Numbered from the stretch's first letter, positions 26,988 through 37,505 are shown. The stretch: 64,000 nucleotides of DNA from an uncultured archaeon (GCA_937921685.1 CAKZUF010000007.1:55384-119383), one strand, 5' to 3'. A program made the numbers and translations. The notes: a model not told the origin generated them from the letters alone.

Positions 26988-28373
26988 ATGTCTAAGGATG
27001 GTGAATCAAAGGAGTCTCAGATGCTACTTGAAAGCCTGAGGGTCAGGGGGCTTAAAAGCTATAAGAGCCTCGAATATGTCACCAACCCTCTTTACGTCAA
27101 ACACCATGAGAAGCTGTCAATAGATGATGAGTGGATAAGATCCATAGGGGGTTCGAGGGATGATAGACTTCCCGAGCGTTTTACACCACTGTTAGAGAAG
27201 CATGACGAACCGGTTGCAATCCACCTAACAGGAAAAACTGTTACAGTAAATATTCCAGATAAGCTGGCTGAGAAAGGTGTTGTGGTGGAAACTCTCTGGG
27301 ATGCCCTAAGACGTAGGCCCGAGCTTGTTAAGAAGATGCTGACAGAGTATTGCATCAGGCCGGAGGAGGATAAGCTGGTGGGCTTAATCTACAGCGCGAT
27401 AAACTCAGGCATGGTAGTCTATATTCCCGATAAGCTGGGTGAAGACGTGAAGGTAAGGCTCATCTGGCTAACTGGAGAAGATAAGGGATTAACCTCCGCC
27501 GTCACGCTAGTTTATGCTGGGGCCGACTCACGAGTATCGGTGTTGGAGGAGCACTACTCATCTGGGGTGGGTGAGAAGTCCTTTGTGGGACACATCATTG
27601 CAGTTTTCGGGGGGGAGAACTCATCAGTAAAGCATGCCCTCTTCAACAACCTTTCAAGCAATACAGAGGTGGCGATATATAGACGCTCATATATAATGAA
27701 CTATGCCTCCCAGACATGGATTGGTGCAAACCTAGGAGGAGGGGTCACCAAATCCCATGTCGACAACGTATTGTTAGGTAACGGAGCTCGTGCCGATACT
27801 TTAGAGGTAACAATGGCCTCTGGGTCTCAGAGGTTCGACGTGACAGCAAACTTGATTCATAAAGGTGAGGGAACGACGGGCAGGGTGATGGTGAAGGGCT
27901 TGGGGCTTGACACTTCGCGAATAATTTTTAAGGGTATCATTAAGATTGAGAGGAGTGCAAAGAACACCAGTGCTTATTTGGCGGAGCATGCTATGCTTCT
28001 CAGCCCGAGCGCTAGGGCAGATGCAATACCAGGCCTTGAGATAGAGAGTGACAATGTTAAGGCAACGCACTCGGCAAGCGTGAGTCAGGTAGACCCAGAC
28101 CACGTTTGGTATCTGATGACTAGGGGTTTAAGCCAAGAGGAGGCGGTTAGGCTGATTGCTATGGGTTTCTTTGAGCCGGTCATAAGCCAGATTGACGTCT
28201 CCGAGGTCCGGTGGAGCATGAGGCATATGCTCGAGAACAAGTGGCAGAGGCGGGGAGAGAAAGAGATAGACTTGGAAACACTGATGGACATCTACGTGGA
28301 GCCTGAGGATGTCGGAAAGAGGATTGAGGACATCTTCGGGACGCACTACAAGTACGTGTATGGTAGAGGCTAG
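26988..28373 (+). CDS. SufB/SufD-family Fe-S cluster assembly protein
   Basis: C-terminal beta-helix region conserved in SufBD. No adjacent sufC. Confidence 0.7.
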   Translation: MSKDGESKESQMLLESLRVRGLKSYKSLEYVTNPLYVKHHEKLSIDDEWIRSIGGSRDDRLPERFTPLLEKHDEPVAIHLTGKTVTVNIPDKLAEKGVVVETLWDALRRRPELVKKMLTEYCIRPEEDKLVGLIYSAINSGMVVYIPDKLGEDVKVRLIWLTGEDKGLTSAVTLVYAGADSRVSVLEEHYSSGVGEKSFVGHIIAVFGGENSSVKHALFNNLSSNTEVAIYRRSYIMNYASQTWIGANLGGGVTKSHVDNVLLGNGARADTLEVTMASGSQRFDVTANLIHKGEGTTGRVMVKGLGLDTSRIIFKGIIKIERSAKNTSAYLAEHAMLLSPSARADAIPGLEIESDNVKATHSASVSQVDPDHVWYLMTRGLSQEEAVRLIAMGFFEPVISQIDVSEVRWSMRHMLENKWQRRGEKEIDLETLMDIYVEPEDVGKRIEDIFGTHYKYVYGRG

Positions 28374-28420
28374 ACCAGCTTCAAGCGACCGATAATATTC
28401 TTTCCGCGGATTTGAGTAAT

Positions 28421-28431
28421 GTCTATATAAA
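28421..28431 (+). promoter_or_regulatory. TATA-like box for the smc-scpAB operon
   Basis: GTCTATATAAA lies about 30-40 nt upstream of the smc start. Confidence 0.4.
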
Positions 28432-28461
28432 CCCGCATCATTCAATAACGAAAAACGGATA

Positions 28462-31400
28462 ATGGTTTACATCAAGCGAATCACGATTCAGGGTTTTAAG
28501 TCCTTTGGTCCTAAGAGAGTCGTTATAAAGCCTGAGAGGGGTTTCGTAGTCATTACAGGACCTAATGGCGGCGGTAAAAGCAATGTCTTGGACGCCATAA
28601 AGTTTAGCCTCGGGGAGCTGAGCAATAACGCGCTGAGGGTTGGTAAGCTTTCTGACCTTATACACGAGAATAATGGCCGGCGTCTAGGCCAAGCAACAGT
28701 GACCCTGGCGCTGGACAACACGGACAGGGCCCTCCCCCTAGATACTGATGAGGTGACAATATCCAGAACGATTCTGACCAGTGGTGAAAGCGTCTACAGA
28801 GTTAATGGAAAGACGGTCTCTAGGAATGAGCTCCTAGCCATCTTAGCTTCGGCAAACATTAGGCCGAGCGGGTTCAACATCATAACCCAGGGTGCAGTCC
28901 TGAGCATCGCTGAAAAAAGCCCGGAAGAGCTGCGGAAAATTATAGACGAGGTTGCAGGGGTTTCCGAGTTTGATCGCCGCAAGGCAGAGGCTATGAAGGA
29001 GCTTGAGGTTGCTGAGAAGAATGTAGCCATTGCACGTGCGGGCCTCAGTGAGCTACGAGGCAGGGTAAAGCAGCTAGAGCTGGAGATGAGCAGGCTATCT
29101 AGAAACCAGCTCGTCTCACGGTATCTCTCACAGCTGAAGAGGCAAAAGCTTTTGGAAGAACTCAAAGAACTGGATGCTAAAGTCTTATCCCTCGAGAATG
29201 AGGAGCACTCACTCGAGGCGGAGAGGGCAAAGGTCTCTCGTGACGTGGAAAACCTCCTAAAGGAGAGGCTAGAAAAGCTCTCGAGGGCTAGGAGCGTAGA
29301 GGCGGAGCTAGCCGAGATTCAAAAGAGGATAAGTGGCATGAGGTTAATGAGCCAGGGCCAAGGAGCATCTCTCGAGCCACTTAAATCATCCATCAGGAAT
29401 GAGGGTATCAGATATTCGAAGCTGAAACAAGAGATACTCGAGTCCTCGAAAAGTATCCAAGCAATGAGGATGGAAATCACTATGCTTGAAGAGGAATATG
29501 CAGAAGTTGAAAAAAGCTACCGGCAACACCTAAGTGAGCTTGAAGAACTGGAACATCACCTGAGTGATCTTAAAGACCGGAGATCAGGGCTACTAAACTC
29601 ATTGAAGAAGTGGAGGGATGAGATTGCCTCAGTTGAAGCCCAGCGATCTAACTTGATGAAAGAGTTAAGCCAGATAGAGGCTAAAATAGCTTTGACTGAA
29701 CAGAGAGTAGGCGAAATCTCGCAGAGGATCACAGAAGATGAAGAGGCTCTTGAGAGGATTAGGTCTGATAGAAGCATTGTTGAGGCCGAGCTTGACCGTA
29801 GTCATGTAGCGCTTGAGGACCTAGGCACTCATTTAACCAAGTTAAACAGCGATCTACAAGCGCTCTCCACAAGGATAGGTGTCTACAAGGCCTTGGACGG
29901 GGAGGTCAAGGGGCTTGTCGAGGATTTGTTGAAGTTGAGGGCGGAGGTTGAGGGTGCTTCAGCGGCTGTAGGCGGAGGTGAAGTTTCAGGCTACAAGTCT
30001 AACAATAGTCCATCTCCAAGCCACTTCAAACTCTTTAGGCTGAGGGACTATATCCAGAGTCTCAACCCTCAACATCCAGAGCTCTCAACATACATTCTAG
30101 ACTATCTTGACGCGTTAATCGTCGAGGAGGATAGACTCGCCTTGGCCCTCGCTAAGGTTGCAGCCGCTAGGGGGGCTAAGCTGTCGGTGATAAGCCTCGG
30201 GGGGAAGGATGAAAGGGGCTGCAGCAGCCCCAAATGCTTAGCCTGCACCCTTGCGGGGAAAAACACAAAACTAAGAGGCATACTCCACTCCATCTTTCCA
30301 AGGCATGTGCTAAGTGGTGATGGCTTTCCTGAGCGGGAACAGCCCACCATAACTCAGGACGGCATACACTATAATGGATATGGAGTATTCATGACCCTCG
30401 CACAGGTGGGTTTGAAGAAGAGGTTGGATAGGCTCCGGGCCGAGGTAGAGGCGACCTTCAAGGCTGTTGAGGAGGTTGGAGCGGGATGTGCAGCCACCCT
30501 CAGCAGGTTGAGGGAAGAGTATAGACTGGTCGAGGAGGAGATCATGAACATCACTGCTCAGAGACGTGAGGTTGAGGCGCGTATAAGAAGCCTGTCCCAG
30601 AGGCTGGAAGAGCTACGAGAGGAGGAGAAGAAGGTGACAGAGAGAATCAAACGCCTAAGAAGAGAGCTGACAAACCTCGAAGGCCTTCGTAACCACCTAA
30701 TTGAGAATCTTGAGAAGGTTAGGAAGAGGGTTGACGAGATTAAAGAGCCTGAAGCTATGGAGGCCGGGACGCTCCAGAACCAGCTAGAAGACCTAAACTC
30801 CAAGATTAACGCCTTCGAGCGTAGAGTTGGGGAAGTGAGCACTACTGTAAGGTCTCTCAGAGACCGGCTAAGCCAGATTGAGAATAGACGTAACCAACTG
30901 GTCATTAGAATAGGGCAAGCTGAAAGGGATGTTGAGAGGCTATGGCGGGAGGCTGAGGAGTCTAAGAAAAGGTTAATCCATTATGCGAGGCTCTACCTAG
31001 AGTCTTGGAAAAAATCTTCAGAAAAGAGTGACGAGTTAAGTGAATTGTCGAGGAGGGTTTCTGAGCTGCTTAAAGTTAGGGGAGCCCTGAGCGAGGAGTT
31101 GGTGGTCCTCGAGAACAGGATTGAGGAGGGGCGGGCAGAGCTGCTATCGATCGAGTCGCGGGCTCGAAACTTAGCAGTGGCACGTGTAGAGCTGAGCATG
31201 AGGAGGAGCTCTATTTTTGAGCGGCTATCCTCGATGACTGAACCTCCCCTAGAAGATTTGTCGCTACTCCCCCGCGAGCTTAAGGAAAACATCGAGAAGG
31301 AGCTAGAGGTCGAGTTGAGCGAAATTGGAATGGTGAACCAACTCGCGTCTATGCAGTATTCGGAGCAAATAGTAGAGTATAGGGGTCGTTCCGGGAATGT

Positions 31401-31923
31401 TGCTCTGCTTGAGGAGGAGAGGAGGAAGATACTTGAGATATTGGAGATGCTTGATGCGAAAAAGTTAGAGGTCTTTATGAAGACTTTCAACAGGGTCTCT
31501 GAGGGGTTTGGGAGATATTTCACGGCTCTAACTGGTGGCTCGGCGTGGCTCGAGTTCTCAGACCCGGAAAATCCCTTGCAATCAGGGGTTGAGATGGTTG
31601 TCGCTTTTCCCGGTAAGTCCCCGAGGCCTTCGAGGAGTATTAGCGGGGGCGAAAAGTCGGTCGCTGCGGTGGCCCTTTTAATGGCCTTCCAGGGTCTAAC
31701 CCCAGCCGACTTCTTAATAATGGATGAGGTGGACGCCCACATGGATGCGAACTACAGCAAGAATTTGGCGGCCCTCTTGAAGGAGTTCTCCAAGAGGGCA
31801 CAGGTCATCGCTGTCAGTCTGAAGGATGTTATCGCTGAGAAGGGTGACCAGCTTATAGGAGTCTATAATCAGGATGGTGAGTCTAGGGTTGTTGTCACGA
31901 GGCTCGAGGAAAGTCAAGCCTGA
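28462..31923 (+). CDS. smc: chromosome segregation protein SMC
   Basis: Walker A GPNGGGKSN; long coiled coils flanking a hinge; C-terminal signature motif LSGGEKSVAAVALLMAF and Walker B FLIMDEVDAHMD. Confidence 0.9.
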   Translation: MVYIKRITIQGFKSFGPKRVVIKPERGFVVITGPNGGGKSNVLDAIKFSLGELSNNALRVGKLSDLIHENNGRRLGQATVTLALDNTDRALPLDTDEVTISRTILTSGESVYRVNGKTVSRNELLAILASANIRPSGFNIITQGAVLSIAEKSPEELRKIIDEVAGVSEFDRRKAEAMKELEVAEKNVAIARAGLSELRGRVKQLELEMSRLSRNQLVSRYLSQLKRQKLLEELKELDAKVLSLENEEHSLEAERAKVSRDVENLLKERLEKLSRARSVEAELAEIQKRISGMRLMSQGQGASLEPLKSSIRNEGIRYSKLKQEILESSKSIQAMRMEITMLEEEYAEVEKSYRQHLSELEELEHHLSDLKDRRSGLLNSLKKWRDEIASVEAQRSNLMKELSQIEAKIALTEQRVGEISQRITEDEEALERIRSDRSIVEAELDRSHVALEDLGTHLTKLNSDLQALSTRIGVYKALDGEVKGLVEDLLKLRAEVEGASAAVGGGEVSGYKSNNSPSPSHFKLFRLRDYIQSLNPQHPELSTYILDYLDALIVEEDRLALALAKVAAARGAKLSVISLGGKDERGCSSPKCLACTLAGKNTKLRGILHSIFPRHVLSGDGFPEREQPTITQDGIHYNGYGVFMTLAQVGLKKRLDRLRAEVEATFKAVEEVGAGCAATLSRLREEYRLVEEEIMNITAQRREVEARIRSLSQRLEELREEEKKVTERIKRLRRELTNLEGLRNHLIENLEKVRKRVDEIKEPEAMEAGTLQNQLEDLNSKINAFERRVGEVSTTVRSLRDRLSQIENRRNQLVIRIGQAERDVERLWREAEESKKRLIHYARLYLESWKKSSEKSDELSELSRRVSELLKVRGALSEELVVLENRIEEGRAELLSIESRARNLAVARVELSMRRSSIFERLSSMTEPPLEDLSLLPRELKENIEKELEVELSEIGMVNQLASMQYSEQIVEYRGRSGNVALLEEERRKILEILEMLDAKKLEVFMKTFNRVSEGFGRYFTALTGGSAWLEFSDPENPLQSGVEMVVAFPGKSPRPSRSISGGEKSVAAVALLMAFQGLTPADFLIMDEVDAHMDANYSKNLAALLKEFSKRAQVIAVSLKDVIAEKGDQLIGVYNQDGESRVVVTRLEESQA

Positions 31924-32554
31924 GGATATTGACTGGCACATACTTTTAGCAGTTCATCTGCTCAGTAAGCCCATCATACTTCGGCTAAACCTCCTATCAC
32001 TCCTCTCGCAGTTCAGAGAGGTGGTTTCCTCCGAGCAGCTTACACTCCCGCAGGAGGGTGTAGCCCTTTGGGGGGCCTCATATATCCACCGCCTGAGGTC
32101 GGAGCACCTTTTCCAGCCCGCGAGGGAGTCTGAGGAGAGGCCGAAGCCCAACCTGATTGTACCTCCATTAATAGACATACCAGTTAAACCCGGGATGCTC
32201 TCCACAACCATCCTAGAGATAGTTAGCGCGTTGAGAGCCGTCATGGAGTCTGCAACACCCACACCTACGACAACTAACATGCTGCAAACCAACATAAACT
32301 TGGACAGATATCTAGTCAAGATTGAGGAGGAGGTTGAAGACTTCATAAAATTCCTCGAAAGCCTCCTCTCCGAAGCAGACACCCTCCCACTAGCTGAGCT
32401 CTTCCGAGGGGTGAATAGGCTTGAAGCCGCTAGGAGATTTATCTTCCTACTCATCGTCGCTGGTAGGGGTATGGTAGAGCTATACGAGGACGAGAAGACA
32501 GGCCGTATACTCTTGAGGTGGAGGGGGACTAATGTCCAAGAAGGCCAAGCGTGA
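31874..32554 (+). CDS. scpA: segregation and condensation protein A (ScpA kleisin)
   Basis: C-terminal winged helix LAELFRGVNRLEAARRFIFLLIVAGRGMVEL. The start overlaps the smc 3' end; the exact start is uncertain. Confidence 0.6.
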   Translation: MVSLGLLSRGSRKVKPEDIDWHILLAVHLLSKPIILRLNLLSLLSQFREVVSSEQLTLPQEGVALWGASYIHRLRSEHLFQPARESEERPKPNLIVPPLIDIPVKPGMLSTTILEIVSALRAVMESATPTPTTTNMLQTNINLDRYLVKIEEEVEDFIKFLESLLSEADTLPLAELFRGVNRLEAARRFIFLLIVAGRGMVELYEDEKTGRILLRWRGTNVQEGQA

Positions 32555-33131
32555 GGTCGAGGGGCGTAGCGAGGCGCTCGCCAAGCCCATAATAGAGGCA
32601 GCGCTCTTCTTGAGCGACAGGCCACTAACACTGGAGAGGCTCCGATTGATCTCTGGTTTGAAGAGTAGGAAAAGCGTGGAGATAGTCCTTGAAGAGTTGA
32701 GAAGGGAGTATGAGGAGTCTGGAAGGGCTTTCACAATCTCCAAGTTTAGGGGGGAGAGATTCATGATGCATGTTAGGCCTGAATGGCTTGCACTGGTAAA
32801 AAGACATGTGGGTAAGACGGTCCTAGGTGTGGGGGTTCTCAGAACGCTCTCATTTATTGCCTACCACCAGCCCGTTGACAAATCTACGGTGGCGGCAGTT
32901 AGAGGGGGCCGGGCCTATTCCCAGATAAGAGAGCTGGTTGAGCGCGGGTTAGTCGAGATGGAGAAGAAAGGTCGCACTTCCTTGCTGAAGACTACAAAGC
33001 TCTTTGCAGAGCTTTTGGGCGTTGAGGATAACCCCGTCGCCATAAGGCGGAAAATACAAGAGGCCATGCCGCACCCAGTAGAACGGTCGACAGCCGAGGA
33101 AGGGAAGGAATCTCTAGAGGCTGGAGAATAA
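32532..33131 (+). CDS. scpB: segregation and condensation protein B (ScpB)
   Basis: IIEAALFLSDRPLTLERL, the ScpB N-terminal wHTH. Confidence 0.75.
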   Translation: MSKKAKREVEGRSEALAKPIIEAALFLSDRPLTLERLRLISGLKSRKSVEIVLEELRREYEESGRAFTISKFRGERFMMHVRPEWLALVKRHVGKTVLGVGVLRTLSFIAYHQPVDKSTVAAVRGGRAYSQIRELVERGLVEMEKKGRTSLLKTTKLFAELLGVEDNPVAIRRKIQEAMPHPVERSTAEEGKESLEAGE

Positions 33132-33177
33132 ATCTATCAGGCACCGAATACACGGATTCAACGTGGCGGGATAGAGG

Positions 33178-33744
33178 TTGTCGAGCCCCCAGACTCGGTT
33201 CATATCGCGTATACCCTTGGAGAGGGTTGCAGTGCTGGTAGGAACTGGAGGGAGCGTCAAGAAAGAGATTGAGGAAAGGCTAGGCGTGTCGCTGAAAATA
33301 GACTCGAAGGAGGGGATCGTGGAGATAACTCCGAAGCCAGAAGACGCTAAAAACTGGGACCCGGTAAACCTCTTCAAGGCGAGGGACATAGTAGAGGCAA
33401 TAGGATTCGGTTTCAGCCCAGACAGGGCTATGACTCTAGCACAAGACGATATGACCTTAGCAGTTATTGACCTGACAAACTATACCGGTAAAGACAAGGA
33501 GGACATTACGAGGATTAAGGCGCGGATAATTGGCTCGGGAGGGAAGACTCGGAGAATAATTGAGGAGACGGCCCACGTCTATGTCTCGATTGGTCAAGAC
33601 ACTGTAGCCATAATCGGGCATATAAGGGACGTAGAGGCCGCCAGAGAAGCGGTCGAGATGCTAATTAACGGAGCCCCGCACAGTTCTGTATACAAGTTCC
33701 TAGACGGCTACGCCCAGAAGAGGAAGTTCACGCGCTTTTACTGA
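33178..33744 (+). CDS. KH-domain RNA-binding protein (aDim2/Pno1-like)
   Basis: Two KH-like modules (VLVGTGGSVKKEIEERLGV, IIGSGGKTRRIIEETAHV). Confidence 0.65.
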   Translation: MSSPQTRFISRIPLERVAVLVGTGGSVKKEIEERLGVSLKIDSKEGIVEITPKPEDAKNWDPVNLFKARDIVEAIGFGFSPDRAMTLAQDDMTLAVIDLTNYTGKDKEDITRIKARIIGSGGKTRRIIEETAHVYVSIGQDTVAIIGHIRDVEAAREAVEMLINGAPHSSVYKFLDGYAQKRKFTRFY

Positions 33745-33851
33745 GCGGCCCATGCCCCGCCAAAAGGCTGAGACCACCTATAATACTAGGGATGATCTCC
33801 GCTCCTCTAATGGGCATGAGTCTATTAGGAGGTCGGAGAAAATAATGATAG

Positions 33852-35438
33852 ATGGTTGAAGTAAAGTTCGAGCAGATCTCGCCTGCCGACTTCTTCTACC
33901 GTAACCGAGATATCGCGGGATTCAGCAGTCCTGCAAGATCTCTATACATGAGTATCAGGGAGCTTGTTGAAAACTCTCTCGACGCATGCGAGGTGGGGAA
34001 AATACTTCCCGAGATCTCGATCGAGCTAACGGCTGAGGGGGGCGAGGGTGAGAGTGGAAACGAGATATACCGTCTGATTGTCAGGGATAATGGCATAGGT
34101 GTGGACGGTGAAAACATTCCCAAGGCCTTTGGAACAATCCTCTACGGAAGTAAATATGGCTTCAAGCAGTCTAGGGGGACCTTCGGGGTTGGAGGGACAA
34201 TGGCTCTACTATACGGGCAGATAACTACTAACAGGCCCTTCAGGATAGTATCTAGCCGCGGGAAGGGGAAAATATACGAGTACCAGTTAATGATTGACAT
34301 CGTTTCTAACGAGCCTCGGATAATCAATAAAAAAGTGATCGAAAACAAGGATGGCTGGCGTGGAACAATCGTAGACTTCGCACTGGAGGCAGACTATAGT
34401 ACGAGTAAGCCCAAGATAGTAGAATATCTCAAGATGACGTCTCTCATCAATCCTCACTCGAACATCTCTTTCATAGACCCTAAAGGCCGCTTCTACTTCT
34501 TTAAGCGTGTAACTGAACAGGTCCCCGAGCCACCCAGAGAGGCCAAGCCACACCCACAGGGAGTGGATGCTGAGACGGTAGGCAGGATTGCGGCAGACAC
34601 CAAGGCTAGGAGCGTGTTAAGAATGCTTATCGAGGAGTTCCAGAGGGTTGGTGAGAAAACCGCGATGGATGTGCTGAAGCTCGCGGGTATAGACCCCCAT
34701 ACGAGGCCTCGGGATCTGACGCATGAGCAGGTTGCCCAACTCGTTAATGTGATGAAGAACTACCAAGGCTTCAGGGCCCCAGACACCTCCTCCCTCTCGC
34801 CAGTGGGAGTCTCTTTCCTCGAGGCTGGTGTAAAAGCCCTTTTCAAGCCCGAGTTCTATCATATTGTCCAGAGACCCCCTTCAAGCTATTCAGGGATACC
34901 TTTTATCGTGGAGGTTGCTGTGGCGTGGGGCGGCACAATACCGCTCACGGAAGATATACACCTGTACCGCTTCGCAAATAAGATACCATTGCTCTACGAT
35001 GAGAGGGCGGATGTTTCGTGGAAGGTGATATCTGAGAAGATCGACTGGGCTGCATACAAGGTGCCGAGACAGGCCCCCCTAGCGGTTATAACGAGTATTT
35101 GCTCACCCAAAATCCCTTACAAGACGGTGGGGAAGGAGGCAATAGCTGACAGGCCTGAGATTGAGAGAGAGCTGACACTTGCGGTAAGAGAGTGCGCCAG
35201 ATTCCTTAGAGGCTATCTAAGCAGACTTGAGAAGAGGGAGGCTGTGAAGAAGAGGCTGAACATATACGCCCGATACCTCCCAAAGATAGCGAAATTCTCA
35301 GCCGAGCTCGCCGATAGAGAGCCTCCCCAGATAAAGAACCTCTTGAAGAAGATTGGGGTGACTGACGAAATGTTGAAGGAGGCCGAAAGGATCGAGGCTG
35401 AGGAGGCGGAGCAGCTTTACGAGTCAACACCGAGCTAA
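33852..35438 (+). CDS. top6B: DNA topoisomerase VI subunit B
   Basis: Bergerat/GHKL motifs ELVENSLDA and DNGIGV; size and layout of Top6B. Confidence 0.9.
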   Translation: MVEVKFEQISPADFFYRNRDIAGFSSPARSLYMSIRELVENSLDACEVGKILPEISIELTAEGGEGESGNEIYRLIVRDNGIGVDGENIPKAFGTILYGSKYGFKQSRGTFGVGGTMALLYGQITTNRPFRIVSSRGKGKIYEYQLMIDIVSNEPRIINKKVIENKDGWRGTIVDFALEADYSTSKPKIVEYLKMTSLINPHSNISFIDPKGRFYFFKRVTEQVPEPPREAKPHPQGVDAETVGRIAADTKARSVLRMLIEEFQRVGEKTAMDVLKLAGIDPHTRPRDLTHEQVAQLVNVMKNYQGFRAPDTSSLSPVGVSFLEAGVKALFKPEFYHIVQRPPSSYSGIPFIVEVAVAWGGTIPLTEDIHLYRFANKIPLLYDERADVSWKVISEKIDWAAYKVPRQAPLAVITSICSPKIPYKTVGKEAIADRPEIERELTLAVRECARFLRGYLSRLEKREAVKKRLNIYARYLPKIAKFSAELADREPPQIKNLLKKIGVTDEMLKEAERIEAEEAEQLYESTPS

Positions 35439-35461
35439 GCAGGACGCTGGAAGGTGGTGGC

Positions 35462-35989
35462 TTGGGGCAGGATATGGTCCCCAGTGTTGGACTAATCTTA
35501 GTGGGGCATGGCGAGCCGCCGAGAGATCTCCCTCGACACATTATTAGGGAGTATTTTGAGCTCTTAGAGAAGAGACGGACGGAGGCTGAAGATGAGCGTT
35601 TCCGACTACTGGAGGAGGAGATCGTATCTAGGCCTAGGACGCCTGAGAACGACCCGTACTTCTACGGCCTCTTGGCGATAGCAGAGGAGTTGAAAAGGAC
35701 GCGAAGATTCAAACAAGTGTGGTTTGCCTTCAACGAATTCTGCAGACCTACACTGCTGGAGGCCCTCAGAGATGCCTGTGCATCAGATGTTGACGTGATA
35801 GTCGTGGCTACTGTCATGTTGACGCGAGGAGGACACCACTCTGAGGAAGAAATACCCTCCGCCATTGAGCATGCGAAGACATCCTGTAGGAAGCCCATCA
35901 TATATGTCTGGCCTATCGACCCGGTAGACTTAGCGCAATTTCTGCTGAGCCAGGTTGAGAAGGCTTTGGCGAGAAAAATGTCGATTTAG
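35462..35989 (+). CDS. cbiX: sirohydrochlorin chelatase, short CbiX(S) type
   Basis: ILVGHGEP motif and a single-domain class II chelatase size. Confidence 0.65.
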   Translation: MGQDMVPSVGLILVGHGEPPRDLPRHIIREYFELLEKRRTEAEDERFRLLEEEIVSRPRTPENDPYFYGLLAIAEELKRTRRFKQVWFAFNEFCRPTLLEALRDACASDVDVIVVATVMLTRGGHHSEEEIPSAIEHAKTSCRKPIIYVWPIDPVDLAQFLLSQVEKALARKMSI

Positions 35990-36654
35990 AGGGTGTCCAA
36001 GTGAACGTGCGCGTGTCTTTCGTGCAGCTCTATGAGGGCGCAGTATCCCTCTTTCGCAGGGCCCGCGTTCACGACAGGTGTTTCACCCAACTGTGATATA
36101 CCTCTCGCCTCGTGGACGTGGCCGCAGCATACAACAATAGGCTTATAACGCTCAATAAACCTTCTAATGGAGACGCTCCCCAAGTCCACACCTGAGCCGG
36201 CCCTAGAGACCTCAACTCCTGTGGGAGGGTTGTGCGAGACGAGAACCCAGTCCACCAAGCCCCCGCCCACTATGCCTGTCAATATCTCCTCAAGCTCCTC
36301 CTCGCTAAACTCAATCCAGGTGCCTCTGTGAGGTGTAGTTTTACTTCCACCAACCCCGACGAATGTATATTCTGAAATCTGGGTCTTCTTGGCATGTATG
36401 TTGACGAGGTTTTGGGATCTGGGGCTATAGCTGAGCAGCTGTGGGGGGTCGCAGTTGCCGGGCACGAAGAGGACAGGTACACGTGCCCCCTCCACGATCG
36501 CTGATAAGATCTTTTCAGCCTCTTCTAGGGAGCCGAAGTTGGTGATGTCGCCGACCGTAAGTACGACGTCAGCACCTACCTCTTTTGCCCTCCTTCCAAC
36601 CATTACCGCGCTTCTACTTGACCCGTGAATATCGCTGACCTGCAGTATCTTCAT
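35986..36654 (-). CDS. metallophosphoesterase (calcineurin-like phosphoesterase, YfcE/MJ0936-like)
   Basis: SDIHGS, GDITNFG, GNCD and CGHVHE motifs. Confidence 0.75.
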   Translation of the reverse strand: MKILQVSDIHGSSRSAVMVGRRAKEVGADVVLTVGDITNFGSLEEAEKILSAIVEGARVPVLFVPGNCDPPQLLSYSPRSQNLVNIHAKKTQISEYTFVGVGGSKTTPHRGTWIEFSEEELEEILTGIVGGGLVDWVLVSHNPPTGVEVSRAGSGVDLGSVSIRRFIERYKPIVVCCGHVHEARGISQLGETPVVNAGPAKEGYCALIELHERHAHVHLDTL

Positions 36655-36676
36655 GACAATGTGAAATTATCGGGCT

Positions 36677-37330
36677 TCAGTATATTAATGATGCTTTGCC
36701 GCGCTCACGGATAGCCTCGTACTGGAGCAGCGCCTCCAGTGCCAGTTTCTTGAGGGCGGCCTTCAAGTATCTGTACACGGTAGATTTTGAGAGGCCGAGC
36801 TCGGCTGCGACTTCTGAGAGGGTACACTCCCTCGGGGTGTTGAAGTACCCCATCTTCATGGCTGTGACAAGTACTAGATACTGCTTCTGCGTAATTACCC
36901 TTGGAAGTGTGAGGTTCGACTCCTCCACCACCTCAACATCTTTCCCTGCCGCAGACAGCCTCTCCACAATCCTCTTAGAAACCCTTGGGCTTGGAGTTAT
37001 CAGATTAAAGATTATTCCGGTCCTAGGTATGTAGATGGCCTGCCTCGGTATGCATGGCGACCTAGAGATTACTTTACAGGCTGAGCAGCTGGGCGACTCG
37101 ATAAGCAAGAGTCCACCTGAGAGGCGATATACCGAGGAGCCCGGGGCCTTTAAATTCCGTCTCTTCACACCTCTATCACTCCGGGTTAGCTGGATAAGAT
37201 GGGTGGAGGAGGTCTCTCCGCATTTCAGTTGCTTAAAAACACCCTCAATCAAACCCATCTCGAGAAGGCGGCAAACCTTACAGTCGGTATTACGAACGAG
37301 GATTAGGGTGCGAAAGGGGTAGCTGGTCAT
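36677..37330 (-). CDS. Cys-rich sensor domain plus HTH_10 (bacterio-opsin activator type) transcriptional regulator, NarO-like
   Basis: N-terminal cysteines CKVCRLL, KCGE and SPSCSACKVISRSPC. C-terminal LTLPRVITQKQYLVLVTAMKMGYFNTPRECTLSEVAAELGLSKSTVYRYLKAALKKL is a classic HTH_10. Confidence 0.55.
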   Translation of the reverse strand: MTSYPFRTLILVRNTDCKVCRLLEMGLIEGVFKQLKCGETSSTHLIQLTRSDRGVKRRNLKAPGSSVYRLSGGLLLIESPSCSACKVISRSPCIPRQAIYIPRTGIIFNLITPSPRVSKRIVERLSAAGKDVEVVEESNLTLPRVITQKQYLVLVTAMKMGYFNTPRECTLSEVAAELGLSKSTVYRYLKAALKKLALEALLQYEAIRERGKASLIY

Positions 37331-37505
37331 CTGGACCCCTTATAAGGAGTGAGGTATTTAATCCTCCCCCCATCGACAAGTTTTTGAGGTAGACCGCTCT
37401 ATAAAGTTCTACGCAAATGCATGTAAAAATATGCAAAAAACTCGGCGAAAGAGGAATCAGTGTTGCATATTGCGGTTAATGCTTTCTCAGCTATATTATT
37501 ATGCG

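Noticed and set aside
30993-32631. Long minus-strand ORFs (249 and 225 aa) inside smc, scpA and scpB
   Set aside because: Ser/Leu-rich shadow ORFs created by antisense reading of GAG/GAA-rich coiled-coil coding sequence; the sense genes have clear SMC and ScpAB motifs.
37431-37505. N-terminal 25-aa extension (MQKTRRKRNQCC...) of the NirK-like ORF
   Set aside because: The downstream ATG at 37506 yields a typical signal-peptide/TM N-terminus (MEGSWTRFCSVCTVLLLSLAILAAAAYA); the extension is basic, Cys-rich and atypical.
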